Of a DNA stretch of 14,890 bases, positions 7,627 through 13,778 are shown piece after piece. A program made the position numbers and the translations under genes. Source of the stretch: Candidatus Hermodarchaeota archaeon (GTDB lineage: Archaea; Asgardarchaeota; Hermodarchaeia; Hermodarchaeales; Hermodarchaeaceae); contig JAEOTB010000004.1 of the NCBI GenBank assembly GCA_016840065.1, positions 1 to 14,890 of the forward strand, written 5' to 3'. How positions within the stretch are numbered: position 1 is the stretch's first letter; every line of letters begins with the position of its first letter. A model generated the notes under the pieces. It was not told the origin of the DNA and did not search any database. It saw nothing but the letters and a program-made list of their open reading frames with translations.

Positions 7627-7682
7627 ACCTTTTGCTGAAACAAGAAAGGACTGGATTTGTTTGCGACAGGCGACCTGTGTTC

Positions 7683-8285
7683 TTATTTCGTCCAGTATTT
7701 CCAAACCGGTACCCCGAACATATCCAGAAGTTTGGCTACCAGTTCTAGAGGAAGTCCAACAACCGCGGTATAGCTACCACTTATCTTCTCTATGAGAAAA
7801 ACGCCCTTCCCCTGGATAGCGTAGGCACCAGCCTTTTCCAAGGGTTCCTTGGTCTCCACGTATTTCTGGAGCTCGATGTCAGAGACCTTTCGGAAGAAGA
7901 CAATGGAAGAAGCGATATCAACCTGATGGTCACCAGAGTTAGCGTCGACCACAGCGACGGCTGAAAGTACACGATGCCAGGTCCCAGCGAGTAGACGGAG
8001 CATTGCCAGTGCGTCATCGAAATCTTTTGGTTTACCAAGCACCTTCCCCCGATTAGTTACGACTAAGGTATCTCCTCCGATGACCAGACCCTCCTCAAGT
8101 CGATTGGCTACCTCTGAAGCCTTCCTATAAGCATTGCCGCGCACAACCAGGGCTACCGATGACCCAGAACTCCGAATAGGATGCTCTTCCCTTGCCAGCG
8201 GTAGCACGACTTTGAATGATAACCCAAGTTGAGTCAACAATGCCTTACGCTGAGGAGACTTAGAGGCTAGATATAGATGAACCAT
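7683..8285 (-). CDS. maf: Maf family nucleoside triphosphate pyrophosphatase (YhdE-like)
   Basis: LYLAS.SP.R..LL, A..KA, IGGDTLV...VLGKP...A..ML..L.G..H.V, KAGAYAIQG.G and I.GSY..VVGLP. The D-T and IQG residues point to the YhdE (dTTP/UTP) subtype. Confidence 0.95.
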   Translation of the reverse strand: MVHLYLASKSPQRKALLTQLGLSFKVVLPLAREEHPIRSSGSSVALVVRGNAYRKASEVANRLEEGLVIGGDTLVVTNRGKVLGKPKDFDDALAMLRLLAGTWHRVLSAVAVVDANSGDHQVDIASSIVFFRKVSDIELQKYVETKEPLEKAGAYAIQGKGVFLIEKISGSYTAVVGLPLELVAKLLDMFGVPVWKYWTK

Positions 8286-8299
8286 TCTTGCAGGGCTCT

Positions 8300-8782
8300 T
8301 TATCTAGTTACTCCATTATAAAGGAGGCTGGTTGTCTCCTTGTGTGATACCATCGCACAAAAAGTGAGGGCTCGACCGATGAGCTGTGGGGTTCGAAGCT
8401 TCACTGAGAGAAATTGCTCAAGTTCACCTATATCTCTTGTGCGGATCTTCAGTAGCAGGTCCCATTCCCCAGTCACTGAATGAACCTCTTGAACCTCTTG
8501 GTGAGAAGCGATTCTGGTGATGATAGTTTGATCAGAATTCCCTTCTTCTTGACCTGTTTCCCGATTGATTGTTACGAACACGAAGGCTAGGAGCGGCTTG
8601 CCTATTTTCTCAGGGTCTAGAACAGCACTGAACTGCTTGATGTGACCACTGGAATAGAGCTTCTTTATCCGGTTGAAGACGGTTGTTATGGGGATATCTG
8701 TAATTTTGGCTATCTGATTTGTACGTTGTCGGCAGTCTCGCTCCAACTCGGCCAGTATTCGGAGGTCCTTCTCATCTAGCAT
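8300..8782 (-). CDS. Lrp/AsnC family transcriptional regulator
   Basis: MLDEKDLRIL.EL..D.R, HTH IAK...P.TTV.NRIKKL...G.IK.F..VLDPEKIG, and a RAM domain V.EVH.VTGEWDLLLKIR. Only 14 nt separate it from maf. Confidence 0.94.
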   Translation of the reverse strand: MLDEKDLRILAELERDCRQRTNQIAKITDIPITTVFNRIKKLYSSGHIKQFSAVLDPEKIGKPLLAFVFVTINRETGQEEGNSDQTIITRIASHQEVQEVHSVTGEWDLLLKIRTRDIGELEQFLSVKLRTPQLIGRALTFCAMVSHKETTSLLYNGVTR

Positions 8783-8867
8783 GTCTTAACCCCTTCTCAG
8801 CACGATACTGCTAGAAGGCTCACGCCCAATTATTCTTCCCCCGAATATCGCTTTTAAAGGATTTGTT

Positions 8868-8899
8868 GAAGCGCTTCGAAAACCTCAGTTTTTTCGAAG
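8868..8899. promoter_or_regulatory. Overlapping palindromes in the divergent Lrp/small-ORF promoter region; candidate operator
   Basis: GAAGCGCTTC (8868-8877) is a perfect palindrome. It overlaps the inverted repeat CTTCGAAAA-N8-TTTTCGAAG (8874-8899). TATA-like TTTTAAAG (8852-8859) and TTTAAATT (8931-8938) flank the pair. Confidence 0.5.
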
Positions 8900-8989
8900 A
8901 AATTAAGGTAAGAGAGGGATATTGGTAATGTTTAAATTCTCAAGTGGAGAGAATTCAATTGAAGAATATCATCACAGGATGAGGTATTA

Positions 8990-9199
8990 ATGACCGAAGA
9001 TATGAATGCAGACCCACGATATCTGAGGGGAGTTATTGACGCCCTCGAGATGGTTGCTTCTTTCGTCGAATGGAAGAGACAGAATCCTAGTGACCCTCGA
9101 ACCGCAAAGGATTTCGTCCAAGAGGCAATCACAAAGATGGAGTCCCGAACGAAGCGCTCTAAACTCGATTCGCTCCTTGGGATTCAGCTTGATGAATAA
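8990..9199 (+). CDS. Small hypothetical protein (69 aa, predicted helical)
   Basis: ATG start with SD GAGGT 4 nt upstream. It fills an otherwise empty gap, has upstream TATA-like elements, and shows an amphipathic helical pattern (YLRGVIDALEMVASFVEWK). Confidence 0.75.
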   Translation: MTEDMNADPRYLRGVIDALEMVASFVEWKRQNPSDPRTAKDFVQEAITKMESRTKRSKLDSLLGIQLDE

Positions 9200-9248
9200 C
9201 CCTGTATAGGAGTTATCTTGTAACTAGCCATTCTGTAGGGATGGCTTT

Positions 9249-9695
9249 CTATTTCGCCTTGAATTTCTCTAGGGCCATGACGACTCCGTGAATTATCGCC
9301 TCAGGTTTTGGAGGGCATCCTGGGATGAAGACATCAACCGGCATCGCTTTGTCGACTCCGCCGATGACTGTGTGGGTTTCCTCGATGTTATCGCCCCTAC
9401 CCTCCATATAGACACCTCCAGTACAAGCGCAGCTCCCTAGAGCGATCACTGCCTTTGGTTCGAGCATCTGGTCATAGATACGCTTGACAAAGACCTTGGA
9501 GTGTTTGGTCACGCAGCCGATGGCGACTAGAACATCTGCGTGGCGGGGATTCTGTTTCCACAAGATACCGAAGCGTTCTACGTCGAAGCGGGGTGTGAGA
9601 ACTGCTAGGGCCTCGATGTCGCAGCAGTTGCAGCCGCCACAGTGTAGGACAGCGACCCATGGTGATTTGCTTCTAGCCCAACTTAGTAAACCCAT
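9249..9695 (-). CDS. Group 4 [NiFe]-hydrogenase small subunit (MbhJ/HycG/EchC, NuoB-like)
   Basis: ARSKSPW, CGGCNCCDIE, PRFDVERFGI...NPRHADVL, IYDQM.EPKAVIALGSCA..GG and PVDVFIPGCPPKPEAI. ATG 9695 is preferred because the upstream GTG is part of the SD GGTGA. Confidence 0.93.
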   Translation of the reverse strand: MGLLSWARSKSPWVAVLHCGGCNCCDIEALAVLTPRFDVERFGILWKQNPRHADVLVAIGCVTKHSKVFVKRIYDQMLEPKAVIALGSCACTGGVYMEGRGDNIEETHTVIGGVDKAMPVDVFIPGCPPKPEAIIHGVVMALEKFKAK

Positions 9696-9708
9696 TTTTT
9701 TCACCCAT

Positions 9709-10308
9709 TTATTGTTTCAGTTCCGTGAGGTCCTTTGTGCTCATGCTCCCTTTGATGACGTAGCTTCTGTAGGCGAAGTATAGCAACATGAGAAGCAGGA
9801 GCGAGGAGAAGGTTAGTAACGCGATATCCATCAGGATATCAAACCCTGATGTGAAGAGATGCAATGATCCTGTGAGTATTGTAAGACAGGCAACGATTTT
9901 TCTAATGTCCGTCTTTACCAACAACCCGTAGACCGCGATGATGATTAGGAGCCACTGGATGTTCACCATATCCAGGACGAGAAATTGGTAGAACCCGATG
10001 ACACCTAATACAACATAGGTGACAACGACTAGAATGGACAAGAAGGCTACAGATTGTAAGCCATGGAGGATTGCTCGTTCCTCAGCCCGTTTGGTTCGTG
10101 ATGTGACAAAATATAGCGAGGCAGGTATGAGGATTAAAGCCATCAGGATTAGGGGCAGCAGTGAAATAATCCATGCCCCCTCGAGATATAATTCGGCGAT
10201 GAATAGGGCTTCCAAGAGTATTAGGAATAGAGGAACGAGAGCGAAATCGTCAGTTTCCACTACAGCGACGGCGAAGAGTATTATCAATAGGGCAAAGATG
10301 ACATTCAC
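9709..10308 (-). CDS. Hydrogenase membrane subunit, HyfE-like with a NuoK/MrpC-like C-terminal half
   Basis: About 6-7 hydrophobic segments. IIAVYGLLVKTDIRKIV.CL and the tail YRSYVIKGSMSTKDLTELK resemble NuoK/HyfE. GTG 10308 overlaps the upstream TGA (GTGA) and has SD GGAGGTG. Confidence 0.65.
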   Translation of the reverse strand: MNVIFALLIILFAVAVVETDDFALVPLFLILLEALFIAELYLEGAWIISLLPLILMALILIPASLYFVTSRTKRAEERAILHGLQSVAFLSILVVVTYVVLGVIGFYQFLVLDMVNIQWLLIIIAVYGLLVKTDIRKIVACLTILTGSLHLFTSGFDILMDIALLTFSSLLLLMLLYFAYRSYVIKGSMSTKDLTELKQ

Positions 10309-10874
10309 TTCTCCCACCTCCTCAGGTAGTATTTCCGTGTATGAGTGTCAAGTGTGTAGCCCTGCTTCTTCCGGCAATCGGGGCAGAGCTCAAGATACTT
10401 TGGCAAATCCTGTGTAATCTCTTCAGGGATTGATGGATCAACCTTACCAAGTATGCGTTCCTTGATGCGCTCTAGTTGCTTAGAGGTTGTAACGGGTTCA
10501 CCACAGCCCTTACACTTTATCATCTTGTGCTTGATAGAAACATGGGCCTTGGCTTTGTTGGTTAAAGCGAGCTCGAACTTGTCGGAGAGTGTGATACCTC
10601 CTACCTCAGGACATACCTCTTCACACCGTGCGCAGAATAAACAGCGTGTATAGTTTACATCTACAGTCCTGGTATCTCCCTGATCGATTATATCGATGGC
10701 TCCAGAGGTACAGGAGGACATGCAGGCGCCACACCCAATACATTTGTCCTCGTCAAATTGGGGTAATCCTCGAATGCCTGGGGGGACATAGGTGGGGGGG
10801 CCTTTCGGATAATCAGTTGTGACTGGCTTGAACAGGGCTTTGAGGACTTCTATGATTGCTGTGATTTTCACCAT
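10305..10874 (-). CDS. Hydrogenase 2x[4Fe-4S] ferredoxin subunit (HycF/HyfH/MbhN, NuoI-like)
   Basis: T..YP......RG.P..D..KCIGCGACMSSCT, RCLFCARCEEVCP and I.LS..FELA, plus extra CKGC and CPDC pairs. Confidence 0.92.
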   Translation of the reverse strand: MVKITAIIEVLKALFKPVTTDYPKGPPTYVPPGIRGLPQFDEDKCIGCGACMSSCTSGAIDIIDQGDTRTVDVNYTRCLFCARCEEVCPEVGGITLSDKFELALTNKAKAHVSIKHKMIKCKGCGEPVTTSKQLERIKERILGKVDPSIPEEITQDLPKYLELCPDCRKKQGYTLDTHTRKYYLRRWEK

Positions 10875-10878
10875 TGTA

Positions 10879-11883
10879 TTAACCTCCGAGAATCATCAAC
10901 CTCAACAAGTCGAATAAGGCTAGACCCAAGCAGACGACGAGGAACCATTTGAACACGTGGTCAATCCGGTAGCGGGCGCTGGCGGTGTGGATAATCGTCA
11001 TGACGATTACGATGAGGAGACACTTGAGGAGGAAGACGATGATGTTCAGTGGGAATGGGAGCCAATCGCCGCCTCCGAGGTAGAGGTTGACGAAGAGTCC
11101 TGTGAAGACATAGAAGCGGAAGAGTCGGGCAAACTCGAAGACTCCAAGGAGTGGCCCACCGTATTCAGTGAGGGGCCCTTCGAATATCTCCGCCTCAGCC
11201 TCCGGGATGTCACCGAAGGGGCGCATCCAAGCCTTTGTGAGTAAACAGATGAAAAGGGATGTGGCGGCGAGGGGGAAGTAGAAGATGAACCAGTTGGGCA
11301 ATGCTAGTAGGGGGAACCATGGGAAGATATGAAAGCTTGCCTGGGCAGCCATTACTTCGTTGATTGATAGAGAGAGGGTAGAGCCCCAGCGGTCGAGTGC
11401 CAGTGCTGGAAGCAGCATCGTGATGGCAAGGGGTAGCTCAACGCTGAGCATAATCGAGACTTCGCGGCTGGCACCGATTTTGCCCCAGGGAGAAGCGGAG
11501 ACCCATCCAGCGATGACAAAGGCAAAGGTGAACATCAGGGAGAGGGAGAGTATGACAATAAGGTCCCATGAATTGCCTCCGGGCCACCCGATGTAGCCAG
11601 GCGGGATGATATAGACCAGGAGCAGAATGGTTGTCAGAGCGATAAAGGGTGCGAGGACATAGAGTGTTTTATTCGCCAGCTTGGGTACAAACCGTTCTTT
11701 TCCAAAGAGCTTGATGATGTCGGCTATAGGCTGGTAGATGGGTGGTCCTCGTCGTGCCTGGAGGCGGGCTTGGAGTTTCCGGAATATCCAGTAGCTTAAC
11801 CAGCTGAAGAGGAAGGCTAGCCCAAAGGCTGCCAAGTAGAAAACGATGGTGTAGAGTGCTGCGAAGAGTAAATCGAGTTGCAT
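10879..11883 (-). CDS. Hydrogenase membrane anchor subunit (HycD/MbhM/EchB, NuoH-like)
   Basis: RKL.ARLQ.RRGPP..QP.AD.IKL..KE, S.SPW..IGASRE....S.E, PF.DIPEAEAEI.EGP..EYGG and ARYRID. ATG 11883 overlaps the upstream TAA (TAATG) and has SD GGAGGT. Confidence 0.93.
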   Translation of the reverse strand: MQLDLLFAALYTIVFYLAAFGLAFLFSWLSYWIFRKLQARLQARRGPPIYQPIADIIKLFGKERFVPKLANKTLYVLAPFIALTTILLLVYIIPPGYIGWPGGNSWDLIVILSLSLMFTFAFVIAGWVSASPWGKIGASREVSIMLSVELPLAITMLLPALALDRWGSTLSLSINEVMAAQASFHIFPWFPLLALPNWFIFYFPLAATSLFICLLTKAWMRPFGDIPEAEAEIFEGPLTEYGGPLLGVFEFARLFRFYVFTGLFVNLYLGGGDWLPFPLNIIVFLLKCLLIVIVMTIIHTASARYRIDHVFKWFLVVCLGLALFDLLRLMILGG

Positions 11884-13778
11884 TATATCCAACCTCCAAA
11901 CCAGATGGTTCCAACAAAGAGGATCGCAAGTAGGCTTATCGCAAAGAGCACTATCCAGAGCACGTACATGTTAGCTAGACCCGTGTGTAGTCGGCGAAGT
12001 CGGCTGAGTAAGGGGCGAAGGGGATGCTCAAAGACCGTAGAAGTTGGTCTAGCCTCGTCAACCTTTAGGTAGGGGTCCTGAATAGCACCGCCAGTGAAGG
12101 GAAGGTATTTGTCAGTGCTTGGTACCTCCTTGAAACCACCTCTAGCCCTGTAGATTATGTACCCGATTCCGAGTCCTAGCAGCAATATGATTGCTAGGAG
12201 GAAGGGATCCCATAGACCTCCCAAAACCGCTAGATTAAGGGAGAAATCTAATGGTGAGATGATGTAACTCCAAGGTAGGAATGAACTAGCCGCTGGAAAT
12301 ATTGCCAGAGTTGCTGGGTAGAGGAGGAAGATAAATGCGATTTGCGGTATAAGCCCAAATGCGATGCAACCAATGGCTAGTACGACTGATGGTCCTATCA
12401 TGCTTTTTGGTGCATCGTGCACAGAGTTGAAGGCAGTTGGTTTTGTGCCCAGAAAAACTGATGATAATAGTCGAAGAAAAACTGCGAAAGTGAGAGCGCT
12501 GGTGAAGATGGCGACAAAGGCGAGGAGGGGTCGGCCTGCGGCGATGCACACTATGTAAATCATCCATTTGCTGATGAAGCCGTTGAAGAAGGGAATGCCT
12601 GCGATGGAGAGCGAGCCGATAAGCATTAGGTATCCTGTTTTTGGCATTGCTTGAAGCAGGCCTCCAAGTTGGTTGATATCACGAACGCCAGTCTCGTGTT
12701 CTACAGCGCCAGCCCCAAAGAAGAGTAGCGATTTGAACAGGCTGTGGTTCAATAGGTGGAATAGCCCTGCTACAAGCCCCAATCCTGTTACGCTGAGCCA
12801 GTAGAAATCTGATGTGAGAGAGTACATACTGGCACCCAAGCCGCCCATACCCAGACCAAGGATTACATACCCCATTTGGCTAACACTGTCAAAGGCTAGG
12901 AGCCGCTTGAGGTCGTTCTGGGCGAAGGCGACCATCACGTTGTAGAGCATGGTGACAGCGCCGAGGATGCAGACGATTATCCAGATGATGACATTGGTGA
13001 ATAGGGAGTTGAAGAGGAAGAGCACGAGGAAGGCGGGGATACCTGCCACCTTTATCATCATGGCGTGGAGTAGGGTGCTTATTGGTGCGGGGGCGACGGT
13101 TGAAGCGTCGGGCAGCCAGGCGTGGAGTGGAAAGGAGGGAAGTTTGACAGCGAAGCTGATGAAAACCAATAGAATGGCGAGTTTGCCAGGATATCCTGTG
13201 ATAACGCCTGGTGTTGTGAGGGTTGTTAGGTTGAAGGCTGTAAATCCTCCACCTCCAACAAGGTTGTAGATGATCGCTAAGCCTACAACCGCAAAGAAGG
13301 AAGTGGAGATTTGGATGATTAGGTATTTGATGGCACCTTCTAGGGCTTGACCATCGTTTTTGTGGGCGATGAGGGGAGCAGAGCATAGAATACAGATTTC
13401 TGCAAAGAGGAATATCCAGAGGAGGTTCCAACAGTAAGCCATACCGATGAGGCAGGCAACAGCTGCTGAGGTGAAGAAGTTGTATGTACCTGTACGTTTT
13501 TCGATGTAACCGAAGGAATAGACCGCTACCAAGAAGCCGATGAAGGAGGCAACGAAGGCGATGAGGGAGGTGAATCCGTTCACCTCGAGTACTATCCCGT
13601 AGCCAGCAAACATGCTTGGTCCAGTGAAGGGGCTGAGGATGTTGAGGAGTACACCAATGAAGGCGAAGCCAGTACCGAATACAGTGACCAGGGCTCCTGC
13701 CCTTCTAGCTTTGACTCCGACGAGTGATAGCAATGCAGCAGCCATTAATATGAAAACTAGGAGTATGGGGTCGATCAT
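11883..13778 (-). CDS. Antiporter-like ion-translocating subunit (HycC/HyfB/MbhH, MrpA/D-NuoL/M/N family)
   Basis: 631 aa from ATG 13778, which forms an ATGA overlap with the large-subunit stop. The track's extension to 13880 overlaps the large subunit. Motifs FAEI...S..LI, KL..FPLHAWLPDA...APAP.S.LLH..MIK, Q.DLKRLLA..SVSQMGY, HLLNH.LFK.LLF..AG.V and GIP.FNGFISKW.IY. Confidence 0.93.
   Translation of the reverse strand: MIDPILLVFILMAAALLSLVGVKARRAGALVTVFGTGFAFIGVLLNILSPFTGPSMFAGYGIVLEVNGFTSLIAFVASFIGFLVAVYSFGYIEKRTGTYNFFTSAAVACLIGMAYCWNLLWIFLFAEICILCSAPLIAHKNDGQALEGAIKYLIIQISTSFFAVVGLAIIYNLVGGGGFTAFNLTTLTTPGVITGYPGKLAILLVFISFAVKLPSFPLHAWLPDASTVAPAPISTLLHAMMIKVAGIPAFLVLFLFNSLFTNVIIWIIVCILGAVTMLYNVMVAFAQNDLKRLLAFDSVSQMGYVILGLGMGGLGASMYSLTSDFYWLSVTGLGLVAGLFHLLNHSLFKSLLFFGAGAVEHETGVRDINQLGGLLQAMPKTGYLMLIGSLSIAGIPFFNGFISKWMIYIVCIAAGRPLLAFVAIFTSALTFAVFLRLLSSVFLGTKPTAFNSVHDAPKSMIGPSVVLAIGCIAFGLIPQIAFIFLLYPATLAIFPAASSFLPWSYIISPLDFSLNLAVLGGLWDPFLLAIILLLGLGIGYIIYRARGGFKEVPSTDKYLPFTGGAIQDPYLKVDEARPTSTVFEHPLRPLLSRLRRLHTGLANMYVLWIVLFAISLLAILFVGTIWFGGWI

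Noticed and set aside
4247-8038. ORFs 4247..4453, 4625..4858, 4923..5111, 5477..5662, 6814..7008, 7354..7638 and 7790..8038
   Set aside because: They are shadows of well-supported genes. 7354..7638 is the typical antisense translation of a Walker A region.
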